A DNA stretch of 64,000 nucleotides from an uncultured Actinomycetota bacterium (GCA_963695055.1 CAVOFS010000008.1:50236-114235), one strand, 5' to 3'; counted from the stretch's first letter, positions 30,894 to 44,953 are shown. Notes: a model not told the origin generated them from the sequence alone. Made by a program: numbers and translations.

Positions 30894-31594
30894 GGGGAGA
30901 ACCTCAACTCGCCGCCTCCACCACGGGTACGGCGCCGACGCTCACGGTCGGCGCGGACGTAGGACTGGTCCTCGGCCGGGAACCACAGCGCCCCGCGCCG
31001 CGACGGCGCCGTACCCCGCTGGGCCTCGACCACGATCCGGCGCGAGCGGAGGTGCCCGTGACCCTGGCCGATCCCGGACCAGGCCGGCTCGCGGGTGGTC
31101 AGCCGGACCTCGCAGCGCGGCCACTCGCCCGACGTCCTCTCCAGGGCGACCAGGACCGCCGACCGTTTGCGCAACCGGGCACCGAGCTTCTCGGCGACCT
31201 GCTCGGTGACCCGCCCGGCCGGCCGGACCACCACGACCGTGGCGACGTCGACCAGCGCAGCCGTGACGTCGAGCCACTGGTCACCAGGATCGGGGACCAG
31301 GATGGTCCGGGTCAGGTCGACCCCGAGCGAGGACGCCGCCTCCGCCCCGAAGTCACCGACCCCCACCACCGCGCACCAACCGCCGGCACGCGACGGCCCG
31401 GCCATCAGCGCGAGAGCGAGGGTCGCACTGTCGACGGAGTAGCTCCCCCCGGCCCGCAGCTGGACCAGCCCGGTCAGCGCCGGGTGGGTCTCCAGCGACA
31501 GCCGCGGGACCCCGTCGTACATCCGCTCCATCCGGGTGCGGAGCAGCTGGATGGTGTCGAGGGTGCCCCCCTGGGCGTCAGTCGGCGGTGCCAC
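30890..31594 (-). CDS. imuA: ImuA' (RecA-like)
   Basis: Cassette position; GWCAVVG, GVDL.R, W.GIGQGHGHL. Confidence 0.85.
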   Translation of the reverse strand: MAPPTDAQGGTLDTIQLLRTRMERMYDGVPRLSLETHPALTGLVQLRAGGSYSVDSATLALALMAGPSRAGGWCAVVGVGDFGAEAASSLGVDLTRTILVPDPGDQWLDVTAALVDVATVVVVRPAGRVTEQVAEKLGARLRKRSAVLVALERTSGEWPRCEVRLTTREPAWSGIGQGHGHLRSRRIVVEAQRGTAPSRRGALWFPAEDQSYVRADRERRRRTRGGGGELRFSP

Positions 31595-31603
31595 ACCCCA
31601 TGA

Positions 31604-31619
31604 TCGAACAGGTGTTCGA
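31604..31619. promoter_or_regulatory. LexA SOS box
   Basis: TCGAAC-AGGT-GTTCGA just upstream of imuA'; matches the actinobacterial consensus. Confidence 0.93.
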
Positions 31620-31635
31620 ACGAGTCAACCTGGGT

Positions 31636-31714
31636 TGTCAGCCGAAACCTGCCGACACGCCGTTACCGCAACGGCGTGTCGGCGGGTTTCCCCGGGCGGC
31701 CGGGGAAACCCGCC
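31636..31714. repeat. 79-bp double-hairpin REP-like element, copy 1
   Basis: gccgacacgccgtt/aacggcgtgtcggc and gcgggtttccccgg/ccggggaaacccgc stems; inverted copy at 50298-50376. Confidence 0.85.
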
Positions 31715-31720
31715 CGAAAG

Positions 31721-33543
31721 TCACCCGTAGAAAGCCGCGATCCGGTCCACGTTGTTGGCCTCGACGACATTGCGCTTGACCTTCATCGACGGCGTCAGCT
31801 CACCAGACTCGATGGTCAGGTCGTGGTCGAGGATCTCCCACTTCTTGATCGTCTCCCAGCGGTTGAGCTTGGCGTTGAGCTGCGTCGACGTAGCCGCCCA
31901 CCATCTCCTTGACCTTCGACGAGGAGACGATCTCGGTGTACGACGCCCCCGCCATGCCGTTCTCCTCGGCCCACCCGACCATCGCGTCGGGGTCGAGGGT
32001 GACCAGCGCGACCACGAAGTTGCGCTCGCTGCCGAAGACCATGAACTGGCTGGTGTAGGGACAGATCGCCTTGAACTTCGACTCGATCGCGGGCGGCGCG
32101 ACGTACTTGCCACCCGAGGTCTTGAACAGGTCCTTGATCCGGCCGGTGATGGTGAGGAAGCCGTCGGAGTCGAGGCTGCCCTTGTCACCGGTGTGCAGCC
32201 AGCCGTCGGCGGTCAGCGTCTTCGCCGTCTCCTCGGGGAGGTTGTGGTAGCCGGCCATGATGTGCGGACCGCGCAGCATCACCTCGTCGTCCTCACCGAT
32301 CTTGACCTCACTCCCGGGGAGCGCCGGGCCGACGGTGCCGATCTTGTAGTCGTCGGGGTGGTTGACGGTGGCGCCGGCGGCGTTCTCGGTCATGCCGTAG
32401 CCCTCGAGGATCAGGATGCCCGCCGCGTGGAACCACTCCGCGATCTCGGCGTTCAGCGCCGCCGAGCCGGAGATGAAGAACCGCACCCGACCCCCGAAGC
32501 GCTCGCGCACCTTGCTGAAGACCAGCTTGTCGAAGAGTCCGTGCTGGACCTTCAGCAGGAGCGGGACGGACTTGCCCTCGCGGGCGAGTCGGTCGACCTT
32601 GATGCCGACCTCGAACGCCTTGAGGAAGAGCTTCTCCTTCACCCCGCCCTCGGCGGCCTGCATGGTGACGATCCGGCCGTGCGCCTTCTCGAAGATCCGC
32701 GGTGCGGCACCCATGAACGTCGGCTTCACGATCCCGAGGTTCTCGACGATCTTGTCGACCCGACCGTCGATGGCGGTGGCGAAGCCGCACGCCAGCTGGG
32801 CGGAGAGCAGCACCTTGCCGAAGGAGTGCGCCATCGGCAGCCACAGGAACTGGAGGTCGCTCTCGTCGAGGATGTCCTGCTCCTGGATCGCGGCGCCCTC
32901 GTAGACCCACGCCCGGTGCAGCAGCCGGACGCCCTTGGGCCGCCCCGTCGTACCGGAGGTGTAGATCAGCGTCGCGAGCTGATCGGGCTCGATCGGACCG
33001 CGCCGTCTCCTCGACGATCCCGGGATGCTCGGCGAGGTAGGCGTCGCCGAGCTCCGCCAGGTCGTCCATGCCGATCACCCAGTCGCCGTCGACGGCACCG
33101 TCGAAGGTGATCACCTTGCCGACGTGCGGGAGCTTCGCCTTGTTCTCGGTCAGCTTGGCGATCTGCTCGTCGTCCTCGGCGAAGACGACGCGGCACTCCG
33201 AGTCCGCGAGGATGTACGTCGTGTCCTCGGCGTTGGTCGTCGGGTAGACCGTGGTGGTCGCGCCCGCGGCGCACATGACCGCGAGGTCGGCGAGGATCCA
33301 CTCGTAGCGGGTGCCGGCGGCGATGCCGACCCGCTGCTCGGACTCGATGCCGAGCGAGAGGAGTCCGGCGGCCAGCCGCTCGACCAGCTCCCCGGCCTGG
33401 GTCCAGGTCACGGACTCCCAGGTCTCACCGCGCGGGTAGCGGAACGCTTCGTGGTCACCGGAGGTGGCGACGCGGTCGAGGAACTGGACAGCGAAGTTCT
33501 GGGTGAGGTTGTCGACGAAGCTGGTGTCCTGGGCGGTGGTCAT
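31721..33543 (-). CDS. Long-chain fatty acid-CoA ligase (FadD11/15-like); two frameshifts
   Basis: IYTSGTTGRPKG, EGYGMTE, WLHTGD, GRIKD, ELTPSMKVKR. Confidence 0.9.
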
Positions 33544-33623
33544 TGACGCTCCTGCAGGGCGGCCGAGACGGTCGGTGATGCGGAGTAACCTAGATCACCT
33601 GGCCAGCTCGCGGGTAGGCAGCC

Positions 33624-34273
33624 TCAGTCGGCCCCGTCGCCACATACTCTCGGCCTTCCATCGCGCCTGCGGGATCAGGTCCGGGACGTCGAGCAGCATC
33701 GGCAGCAGCGTCGGCTCGCCGTGGAGAGCCCGGAACATCAGCGACACCGTCACCCCGTGGCCCGGACGGTGCAGGACCTAGATCTCGTCACCGGCCCGGA
33801 CCGGCCCTCGACCGAGCACCTTCAGGTACGGCCCCGGGCGGGCGGCCTGGGCGAAGCGCTTGACCCAGGCCGAGGCGTCGTACCCGCTCCGGCCCATCCA
33901 GTTCTTGAAGTCGTTGCACGGCGTCCGGATGCGAGCGCACCTCGAGCAGCACCTCACCGACCTGCCAGCGTTCACCGATCTCGGCCTCGTTGACGTCGAT
34001 GCCGAGCGTGGTGAGGTTCTCGCCGAACTGTCCGTCCGGGATGTCCTGGCCCAGGTCGGTCGCCCAGGCGTCGAGGTCCTCCCGCGCGAAGGCGTAGACC
34101 GCCTGGTCGAGGCCGCCGTGGTGCTCGAGGTCGGACACCTGGTCACCGTCGATGCCGAGCAGCCCGACGTGAACCGGCCCCGCGACCGGGTGCTTCGCGA
34201 TCGAGGTCCGGCCGATCGTGGCCCAGTGGACGTCTCGTGGAGTTCCGACGTTCACAGAGATCACGGTGGTCAT
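33624..34273 (-). CDS. MOSC domain protein (YiiM-like); frameshifted
   Basis: TSIAK.PV, GDQVSD..HHGG.DQAVY, FGENL, R.PC. Confidence 0.85.
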
Positions 34274-34297
34274 GGGTCATCCTGACAGGCCACCGAC

Positions 34298-35226
34298 TCA
34301 GTCCTGAACCGATTTCGCGATCGTCACGCACTGGGTGAGGTAGTCGGAGGTCGCGGTCGGCGTCGGGTCTCCGGCGAGTCCTGGAGTCGCCACAGCGCGT
34401 TGACCATCGCCGTACGACGACCCAGTCGCGGGCCCGCTGCTCGTCGAAGGCCGGCCACGTCGACCAGGGTGTGGAAGCGCAGCCGGACGCCGTCGCGCAC
34501 TCCGCGCGGGGCCGCGGCCAGCTCGTCCCACCGGTTCCAGAGCATCGGGAGCAGCTCGTAGTGCGGGTCACCGCTCAGCGGCTTCGGGTCGATCGCCAGC
34601 CACGGCTCCCGGTCGCCCGCCAGGACGTTGGCGTAGTGAAGATCGGCGTGCAGCAGCCGACCGCCGTGGCTGTCGTCGGCGACCAGGTCGCGACCGGCCG
34701 TCACCGCCTGCTCGACCAGCCGCCGCGGCAGCGGCGCGTCACGGGGCAGCTCCTGGAGCTCGCGCGGTCCAGGTGGCGACGTACGACGCCAGCGTGCGCA
34801 GCTGCGGCGGTGCCGGGACGTGCAGCCGCTCGTAGAAGCCGGCCACGACCTCGCACGCCTCGATGTCCCACAGGTCGCCGAGGTCCTCGCGGTGCAGTCG
34901 CTCGAGCAGCAGCGCGAACCGGCGCGGGTCGGCCCGGAGCAGCTGGACGGCGCCACGGCCGTGCCAGTGCTGGAGCGCGAGGTGCTCGTGCTCGGCCTCC
35001 TCGTGCGGCCAGCCGACCTTGAGCGCCGCCGGTCGCCCGGACGAGGTGCGCACGGGCAGGACGACAGCGCCGTACCCGTGGGTCGGCTCGCCGTCCGCGA
35101 CGAGGTCCCACTCCCCCATCAGGTCGCGCACGAGCGCCGGAAGCCGGTCGAGGAACGCCGACCACTGCGCCCCTCGGGCGGCATAGGCCAGGAAGGTGTC
35201 CGGCAAGAAGGAGTCCGGCGGCCGCA

Positions 35227-35227
<1 letters not shown>
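34298..35227 (-). CDS. APH(6)/hydroxyurea-kinase-like phosphotransferase; frameshifted
   Basis: [39 protein letters not shown]. Confidence 0.8.
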
Positions 35228-37100
<1,873 letters not shown>

Positions 37101-37202
37101 AGACGTCTCTCGTCGACTTGCTGGGGACGCTTCAGTCTCCCACACGCGTGGCCGCGGAACCGCCTCCGCGCACCGCCCGGCAGCGGTCCGACAGCCAGTT
37201 CC

Positions 37203-38929
37203 CTACTCGGGGCTGTCGACGAACTCCTTGGTCTTGGCGATCGCGAAGCCCCAACCCTGCTCGAGCGTCGGCTTCGGCGGGACGGCGATCTCGTCGGGGT
37301 TGGTCAGTACGTCGATCAGGACCGGGCCGTCGTGCGCCATGGCTTCCAGGAGCGCGCCCTCCACCGCGTGCGGGTCGGTGACCCGAATGCCCTTGATGCC
37401 GAACGCCTCGGCCACCTTGGCGAAGTCGGGGTTGTGCAGGACGGTGCCGAACTCGGGCAGACCCACCTGCTCCATCTCCAGCTTGACCATGCCGAGCCGG
37501 CCGTTGTCGAAGACCACCAGCTTGACCGGCAGGTCGTAGGTCACCGCCGTCATCAGGTCGCCGATCAACATCGAGAGACCTCCGTCCCCACAGAAGGCGA
37601 CGACCTGCCGGTCGCGGTCCAGCGCCTGGGCACCGAGCGCCTGCGGCATCGCGTTCGCCATCGATCCGAGGTTGAAGGAGCCGAGCAGCTGCCGTCCGCC
37701 GCCCATCCGGACGAACCGGGCCAGCCATGTCGTCGCCATCCCGGTGTCGGTCGTGAAGACCGCGTCCGTCGAGGCGTGCTTGTCGACGGCCGCGGCGAGC
37801 AGCTCAGGTGCGGATCCGACCCTCGGGGTTCTCGACCTTGCGCCGCAACAGGCCCCGAGGCTTGCTCTCGTAGTCAGGGTCGGTGAGGTGCTGCTGCCGC
37901 TCCTGCCAGTGTGCGTACGACGAGCGGGCCTCCTCCAGGAGCGCCGTGTCCAGCTTCTCCTCCAGGAGCGGCAGCAGCGCCCGCAGCGCCAGCCGGGCAT
38001 CGCCCACGACGGGGTGGTCGACCGACGTACGCCGGCCGATGTGGCTGCCGTCGGCGTCGATCTGGACCACGACCTTCCCGTCCGGGTAGAAGGCCTGGTA
38101 GGGGAAGTCGGTTCCGATCATGAGCAGCAGGTCGCAGCCGTCGAAGGCGATCGCGCTCGCACGGTTGCCGAGCAGCCCGGACTGGCCGACCTCGTACGGG
38201 TTGTCGCCGTCGAACGCCTCTTTGCCCTTGAGCGTGACCACCATCGGGGCCGAGAGGGTCCTGGCGAGCTCGAGGACCTCGTCACGGGCATGGCTCGCAC
38301 CCTGACCGACGAGAAGGGTGACGGTGTCGGCGGCGTTCACCGCCGCCGCGGCCGCGGTGAGGGACGGGACGCTGGGCGCCGCCGCCGGCAGGTCGGTGAC
38401 GAATCGTCGGGACCGGGGTGTGCTTCGGCAGGTCCAGCCCACCCACGTCTCCCGGCAGCGTGAGCACCGCGACGCCGCGCTGCTGGAGAGCCGCGTTGCC
38501 GGCCTGCTCGATCAGGGTCGGCAACTGATCGGGACTGGAGACCGTGGCGCTGAACACCGCGACATCCGCGAAGAGCACGTCGTTGTCGACCTCCTGGAAG
38601 AAGTCGCTCCCGATCTCCTCGCGGGGCACCTGCCCACAGATCGCGAGCACCGGCGCATGCGACTTCTTGGCGTCGTACAGGCCGTTCAGCAGGTGGATCG
38701 AGCCGGGACCGACGGTGCCCATGCAGACGCCCAGCGTGCCCGTCAGCTGGGCCTGGGCGCCGGCTGCGAAAGCTCCGGCCTCCTCGTGCCGCACTCCCAT
38801 CCACTCGATCCGATCCTCACGTCGGATGGCGTCGGTGACCGGGTTGAGAGCGTCGCCGACGACTCCCCACACCTGGGTCACCCCGTGCTCGGCGAGGGCC
38901 TCGATCAACAGCTCGGCAACGGTGGTCAT
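37203..38929 (-). CDS. poxB: ThDP-dependent pyruvate oxidase/pyruvate:quinone oxidoreductase; two frameshifts
   Basis: RHEEAGAFAA, GPGSIHLLNGLYDA, GSMANAMP, GDGG...N. Confidence 0.85.
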
Positions 38930-39075
38930 CGGGTTCCTCTGCTCAGGGTCACGGGATCGGCTGGGCCGGCGTGGCGTACGCCGACATCTGCTCGTGCCCG
39001 ATCCGACGCCGGAGCATGTGTGTCCCGAGCGGAACCCGTTCGCGGCCGGCGCGAGCAGTGGGCAAGGATGACGCC

Positions 39076-40042
39076 GTGACCGACGTACGCCTACCGACCA
39101 CCATCCCGCACGGCAGGACCGCCCGCCGCCTGGAGTGGCCGCACCTGCCGCCGCAGGTGCGGGCCCTGGTCGAGGAGCACTGCGGGTCGCCGGTCGCCGA
39201 GGCGAGATCCCAGGGTGCGGGATTCACGCCCGGGTTCGCCTCGGTGCTGGTGTGCGAGGACGGGTCGCGACACTTCGTGAAGGCGGCCTCCCACAGGGCC
39301 CAGCGGATGTTCGCGGGCGCCTACCGCGAGGAGGCACGCAAGCTCGCCGCCCTCCCCGCAGCCGCGCCGACGCCACGGCTGCTCTGGCTGCACGACGACG
39401 ACGACTGGATCGTGCTCGGGATCGAGCACATCGAGGCCCGTCAGCCGCGCCGTCCCTGGCGCGATGCCGACCTGGCGGCCTGCCTCGCGATGACCGCCGA
39501 CGATGGCATCCGTCCTCACGCCCGCGCCCGCGGAGCTGGCCGACGCCGACTTCGCGAGCGAGTTCGCCGACTGGCCCGCGTACTGGGAGCGGGTACGCAC
39601 CTCCGCTCCCGACCTGCCGATGCTCACCGAACGGCTCGACGAGGCGGCCGCGCTCGCGACGCGCTATGCCGAGGTGACTGCCGGCTCGACACTCGTCCAC
39701 ACCGACATCCGCGACGACAACCTGCTGCTGGCCACCGACGGGCGGGTGCTGCTGTGCGACTGGAACTGGCCGGTGGTCGGTGCCCCGTGGCTGGACACGC
39801 TCTTCCTGATGATCGGACCGCGCGGCGACGGACTCGACGTCGAGGCCGCACTGGCCGACTCACCGATCACCCGCGACGTCCCGGCCGAGGACGTGGATGT
39901 CGTGCTGGCGTTGATCACCGGGTACTTTCTGATGTCGGCAGCCCAGCCGGTCCCCCCGACCTCGCCGTACATCCGGGACGCACAGCGGTGGCAGGGCGAG
40001 GTCTGCTGGCAGTGGCTGGCCGAGCGGCGCGGCTGGCTGTGA
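39076..40042 (+). CDS. Aminoglycoside phosphotransferase/kinase-like protein; frameshift near 39495
   Basis: GFTPGFA, FVKAA, HTDIRDDNLL, CDW. Confidence 0.8.
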
Positions 40043-40179
40043 GGCTCCGCGTCCTCGGTTTTGGCGGTGCGGACCGCCGCTGCTAGCCTTATCAGTCGCG
40101 TCATGTGTGGTTCCACCGTGCTCGCGACCCGACGTAACAACGACCGATCACCGATCATCCTCGACGCGAAGGCACACCA

Positions 40180-40440
40180 GTGGCGAACATCAAGTCCCAG
40201 ATCAAGCGCAACAAGCAGAACGAGAAGGCGCACGAGCGCAACAAGGCCGTCAAGACCAGCCTGAAGTCGGCCGTCCGCAAGTTCCGCGAGGCCGCCGAGG
40301 CCGGCGACAAGGACGTTGCTGTGAAGGCCGGCCAGGACGCCGCCCGCAAGCTCGACAAGGCCGCCTCGAAGGGCGTCATCCACAAGAACCAGGCCGCGAA
40401 CCGCAAGTCCGCGATCGCCAAGAAGGCCGCTTCGCTCTGA
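40180..40440 (+). CDS. rpsT: 30S ribosomal protein S20
   Basis: [11 protein letters not shown]...[14 protein letters not shown]. Confidence 0.99.
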   Translation: MANIKSQIKRNKQNEKAHERNKAVKTSLKSAVRKFREAAEAGDKDVAVKAGQDAARKLDKAASKGVIHKNQAANRKSAIAKKAASL

Positions 40441-40448
40441 TCCTCCCC

Positions 40449-40515
40449 GTCACCCGAGCTTCGGGTGGCACGTCGGTCGTTGGTCGACCCGCCCGAGATC
40501 CTCGGGCGGGTCGAC
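40449..40515. terminator. Two hairpins between convergent rpsT and holA
   Basis: gtcacccga/tcgggtggc and gtcgacccgcccgag/ctcgggcgggtcgac (15-bp perfect stem). Confidence 0.7.
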
Positions 40516-40557
40516 GTCATTTCTGGCCTGCCCCAGCCTGAGCTCGCGAATCCGTGT

Positions 40558-41550
40558 TCAGCGCGGGTCGCGCAGCGAGGTGATGGTGAGCACCAGCCGC
40601 TCGAGGGTGTACGACGCGTCGCTCGCCGCGCCCTTGATGTCAGCGTCGGCACGGGCGATCGCCTGGATCGCCCGGGCGATGCCGCCGTCGGACCACCCGC
40701 GCGACTGGTCCTTGATCGTGCGCAGCTTCCAGGGCGGTACGCCGACCTCGCGGGCCAGGTCCGCCTCGCGCATCGCGCGCGGAGCCGCCTTGTAGCGGGC
40801 CACGCCGCGTGCGCCGCCGGCGAACGCCGAGGTCACCAGCACCGGGGCGGTGCCGCCGTCGAGCGCCCAGCGCAGCTCCTCGAGCGCGACGGTGCGGCGG
40901 CCCCAGAACGCGGCGTCCGCGACGGCGAAGGACTTCGCCTCGGCGCGGCCCCCGAAGTACTGCTTGACCTTCTCGGCCGTGATCGTCTGGCCCAGGAAGT
41001 CACTGGTGAGCTGGTCGGCGGCCGCCGCGAGCGAGCGCAGGTCCTGGCCGACGGCGGTGACCAGGGCATCGGCGGCGTCGGGGTCGATCGAGGCGCCATG
41101 ACGGCGCACCTCCGCCGACACGAAGCCGGGGAACTCCGAGGGTCGCAGCTCGCCCGACTTCGACTCGGAGACGGCGTCGAGCTTGCGCAGCTTGGTCAGC
41201 ACGCCGCTGCCCTTCGGGCCGCCGCCGTGCACGAGCACCAGCGCGACCTCGTCGGCCGGCGCGGCGGCGTAGGCGAGCAGACCCTCGACCGACTCCTCTG
41301 GCAGGTTCTCCAGCCCACGCACGACCACGCAGCGGATGCTCGAGAAGAGCGAGGGCGCGGCGAGCTCGCCCAGGGTGGCCAAGGAGAGGTCGGAGGCGAC
41401 GGTCTCGGAGAACTCCGACTCGGCGTCGTACTGCCGGACCGCGTCGCGGACCGCGGACACGGTGCGCTCGTTGAGGAACTCCTCCTTGCCGGTCACGAGG
41501 GTGACCCGGCCGAGGACGTCTGCCGCGCGCTGCTGCGAAGGACCTGCCAT
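40558..41550 (-). CDS. holA: DNA polymerase III delta subunit
   Basis: PSLF motif, VPPWK, DADIKG; comEC-holA-rpsT synteny. Confidence 0.93.
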   Translation of the reverse strand: MAGPSQQRAADVLGRVTLVTGKEEFLNERTVSAVRDAVRQYDAESEFSETVASDLSLATLGELAAPSLFSSIRCVVVRGLENLPEESVEGLLAYAAAPADEVALVLVHGGGPKGSGVLTKLRKLDAVSESKSGELRPSEFPGFVSAEVRRHGASIDPDAADALVTAVGQDLRSLAAAADQLTSDFLGQTITAEKVKQYFGGRAEAKSFAVADAAFWGRRTVALEELRWALDGGTAPVLVTSAFAGGARGVARYKAAPRAMREADLAREVGVPPWKLRTIKDQSRGWSDGGIARAIQAIARADADIKGAASDASYTLERLVLTITSLRDPR

Positions 41551-41607
41551 GGTGCGGCAAGCCTGCCACAGCCGACCGACGCTCGGTCACACGGTGGACG
41601 CCACCCC

Positions 41608-43929
41608 TCAGCGGGTCTGGGCGAGCAGCTCGCCGTCGCGCTCGACGACGACGAGATCACCGTCGACGTCCGTGCGCAGCACCCGGGTGCCCGCCGCCGC
41701 GAGCGGGTCGATCGCCTCGGCTGCGGGGTGCCCGTAGTCGTTGTCGACGCCGACCGAGACCAGGGCGACCCGCGCACCGAGCGACAGCAGCCACGGCTCG
41801 TCCTGGTAGCGGCTGCCGTGGTGCGGGACCTTGAGCACGTCGACCTGCATGCCCGGCAGCGCCGTGGCCAGCGCGGCCTGACCCTCGGGCTCCACGTCTC
41901 CGGTCAACAGCATCCGCACCCCGTCGATCTCGACCAGCAGCACCACGCTCGCCTCGTTGGCGGTGCTGCCGTCACCCGGTCCGTCGCTCGGTGAGTCCGG
42001 CGGCGGCCAGAGGACCTGGAGGGCGGCGGCGCCGACCTGGCGGGTCACGCCGTACGGCGCGGGCTCGGGGGTCAGCCCCGCCGCGGCCGCGACTGCCTCC
42101 ACCTCACGCACCCCGGCGGGCGGGTCGAGCAGCCGGGTGGTCTCGACCGCACCGACCTCGCGCCCGTCGAACACGCCGGCGAGGCCGTCGACGTGGTCGG
42201 CGTGGAAGTGGGTGAGCACCACCAGCGGCACCTGCTCGATCCCGAGCCGGTCGAGGCAGCCGTCGACCGCGGTCGGGTCGGGTCCGGCATCGACGACGAC
42301 CCCGGCGTGCGGGCCGACGTTGAGCACGAGCGCGTCGCCCTGGCCGACATCGCAGGCGGTGAGCACCCACCCGTCGGGCGGCCAGCCGAGGGTCGGTGGT
42401 CGCACCAGGACAGCGAGGACGAGCAGCAGGCAGCAGCCGACGCCGGTGACCGGGTGACGCATCAGCAGCGGGCCCAGCAACGCGACGACGATCACGACGC
42501 CGCTCAGCAGCGCGAGCGCGAACGGGGTGGTCCCCCATCCGACGGCGGCGCCCGGCAGGTCGGCCCCGCGCCCTGCGACCAGCACCAGCCAGGCGACGCA
42601 CCATCCCGCGAGCGTGCCGAGCAGCCTGCCGCCCGGGTCCCAGACCAGACCGACCAGGCCGCCGCCGAGCCCGAGCACCGTGGCCGGGCCGACGACGGGT
42701 GCGACCGCGAGGTTGGCGGCGACCGCTACCAGGCTCACCTGCCCCGACAGACCGGCGACCACGGGTGTGCAGGCCAGCTGGGCGGCCGCGGGCACCGCGA
42801 CCGCCTCGGCCGCCCACCGGGGCAGCCAGCGCGACAACGCATCACGCCACCCAGGTGCGAGGAGCACGATCCCAGCGGTCGCCAGCACCGACAGCGCGAA
42901 CCCTGCCGACCGGGCGAGCGGAGGCTGCACCAGCAAGAGCGCCACCACCGCCACCCCGAGCGCCCGGGCGCCGCGCTGGCGACCGTCGACGCCCATGCCG
43001 AAGAGCGCGACGGTGCCCATCACCGCGGCCCGCAGCACGCTCGGCTCGGTGCGTGCCAGCAGCACGAATCCGACGATCCCGAACGCACCGACGCCGTAGA
43101 GCCAGCGTCGACGTACCCCGCACCAGCGGGCGAGGACCAGCAGGAACCCGACGACCAGGGTCAGGTTGGTGCCCGACACCGCCAACAGGTGGGTGAGGCC
43201 GGTGGTGCGGAAGTCGGCGGCGAGCGCCTGGTCGACATCAGCGTCGTCGCCGTCGACCAGGGCCGGCACCAGCGCGCGCTGGGTGGTCGGACGGTGGTCG
43301 ACAGCGTCCCGGATCGACCTGCGCACGGCCGCGGCAGCGTCCCACCAGAGATCCGGCTGCTCACGGATCTCGGGCGGCCCTCGCGCACCGAGCACCGCCG
43401 CCAGGTCGCCTTCATCAGCGGGCGACAGCAGCCCGCCGGCGCTCACCGTCGCGCCGAGAGGTACGTCGAGCCAGGACTCGTCCGCCAGGACCAGCACGGC
43501 GGCTGCCAGGGCGTAGGTCGTGCCGCGCCCGGTCACCTCCGTGACGTGCAGCCGGACGAGCACCACCGGACCGAACCTCCCGTCGATCGAGCGCGGATCG
43601 GACACCAGCGTGCCGACCACCCGCACCGCGGCCCGGTCGTCCGCCAGCCGGGCCACCGGACTCCGGGCGACCTGCTCGAGTCGCACCGTGGTGACGGTGG
43701 CGACCGCGACCAGCACCAGGACGACCGCAGCGCCGGTGCGCAGCGGCACGGCGCCACGCCGCCGCAGGAGCCACCACCCGGCAAGCCCGATGATCGCCAT
43801 GCCTGCAGGCACCCACCAGCCCAGCCACCCGGCTGCCAAGGCCCCCGCCCACGCGCTGGCGCCGAGCAGCGAGCATCCGCAGGTCGGGCCGCGGGCTGGG
43901 TCGGGTCCGGTCATCGACGACCACCTCAC
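41608..43929 (-). CDS. comEC: ComEC/Rec2 competence protein
   Basis: GLTHLLAVSGTN, PSVLRA, DVGQGD, THFHADH, PHHGS, YGHP. Confidence 0.95.
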   Translation of the reverse strand: MRWSSMTGPDPARGPTCGCSLLGASAWAGALAAGWLGWWVPAGMAIIGLAGWWLLRRRGAVPLRTGAAVVLVLVAVATVTTVRLEQVARSPVARLADDRAAVRVVGTLVSDPRSIDGRFGPVVLVRLHVTEVTGRGTTYALAAAVLVLADESWLDVPLGATVSAGGLLSPADEGDLAAVLGARGPPEIREQPDLWWDAAAAVRRSIRDAVDHRPTTQRALVPALVDGDDADVDQALAADFRTTGLTHLLAVSGTNLTLVVGFLLVLARWCGVRRRWLYGVGAFGIVGFVLLARTEPSVLRAAVMGTVALFGMGVDGRQRGARALGVAVVALLLVQPPLARSAGFALSVLATAGIVLLAPGWRDALSRWLPRWAAEAVAVPAAAQLACTPVVAGLSGQVSLVAVAANLAVAPVVGPATVLGLGGGLVGLVWDPGGRLLGTLAGWCVAWLVLVAGRGADLPGAAVGWGTTPFALALLSGVVIVVALLGPLLMRHPVTGVGCCLLLVLAVLVRPPTLGWPPDGWVLTACDVGQGDALVLNVGPHAGVVVDAGPDPTAVDGCLDRLGIEQVPLVVLTHFHADHVDGLAGVFDGREVGAVETTRLLDPPAGVREVEAVAAAAGLTPEPAPYGVTRQVGAAALQVLWPPPDSPSDGPGDGSTANEASVVLLVEIDGVRMLLTGDVEPEGQAALATALPGMQVDVLKVPHHGSRYQDEPWLLSLGARVALVSVGVDNDYGHPAAEAIDPLAAAGTRVLRTDVDGDLVVVERDGELLAQTR

Positions 43930-44850
43930 ACCGTGACGTAGGGCGCGAGCTGGCCGAGGGTGGCATCACCGATGCCGTCGACCTCGAGGAGCTCGTCGAC
44001 GGAGCTGAAACCACCGTGCTCGTCTCGCCAGGACAGGATCGCGAGGGCAGTCACCGGACCGACCTCCGGCAGCGCCTCGAGCTCGGCCTGCGTTGCGGTG
44101 TTGATGTTGACCAGCGCGCCACCCGGGGCGCCGGGTGTCGGCACGGCTGAGGCGGCGACTCCGGTCGGCGTCGCCTGGCCGACCAGGATCTGCTCCCCGT
44201 CGACCAGGAGCCGGGCCAGGTTGAGACCGGACAGGTCGACCCCGGGCCGCGCTCCGCCGGCCGCCTTCAGGGCGTCGACCACCCTGGCCCCGGTGTCCAG
44301 CACCGCGATGCCGGGACGGTGCACCTTGCCGGCGACGTCCACGGTGACGGTGCCGGCCTCGGGAGCGCCGCTCGCCGCCGCCGGCGACAGCTCGGCGATC
44401 GGTGCTTGGCTCGCCGGCACCGTCGGGCTCGACTCGATCGTCGGCGCCTCGAGCTGGTCAGGGTCGCCACGCACCAACGACCAGCAGGTCACCGCGAGCC
44501 CGAGCGCCACCACCACCGCGACGACGGCCAGCTGGGCCGGCCCGAGTGCGATCCGACCGCGCAGGGCGCTCGGGACGATGCCGAGTGCTCGGCGAGACGC
44601 GTGCCGACCTGGCACCGGCACGACCGCCGGCTCCACGTCGTGGCGCGGCCGACAGCTCGACATCCGGCACCGCAACCAGCTGACGGATCCGGGTGTGCCC
44701 GCTCGACCAGTCGTCCTCGGGTCGGGCCTCGGGTTGGGCCTCGGGTGGGGCCTCGGGTTGGGATCGAGTGCCGGCAAGCTCGGCACTGAGCAGGGCCAGC
44801 CGACGTGAGACGGCTTCCTGGTGCTGGGCGGTCGGGCGACGGTTCGGCAT
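43926..44850 (-). CDS. comEA: ComEA DNA-binding protein; frameshifted 5' part
   Basis: VDVAGKV, GARVVDAL.AAGG, NINTAT..LEALP.VGP HhH; 12-bp tandem repeat near 44722-44762 encodes QPEA repeats. Confidence 0.92.
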
Positions 44851-44953
44851 GCGCTCGACGTTAGGTAGCTGTTCCGACGACCGGGGGGCACCGATCGGCA
44901 CCCTGTGGATGGAGCTGCGAGGACGCCGACTGTGGACGAGATCCGGCCCGGTC

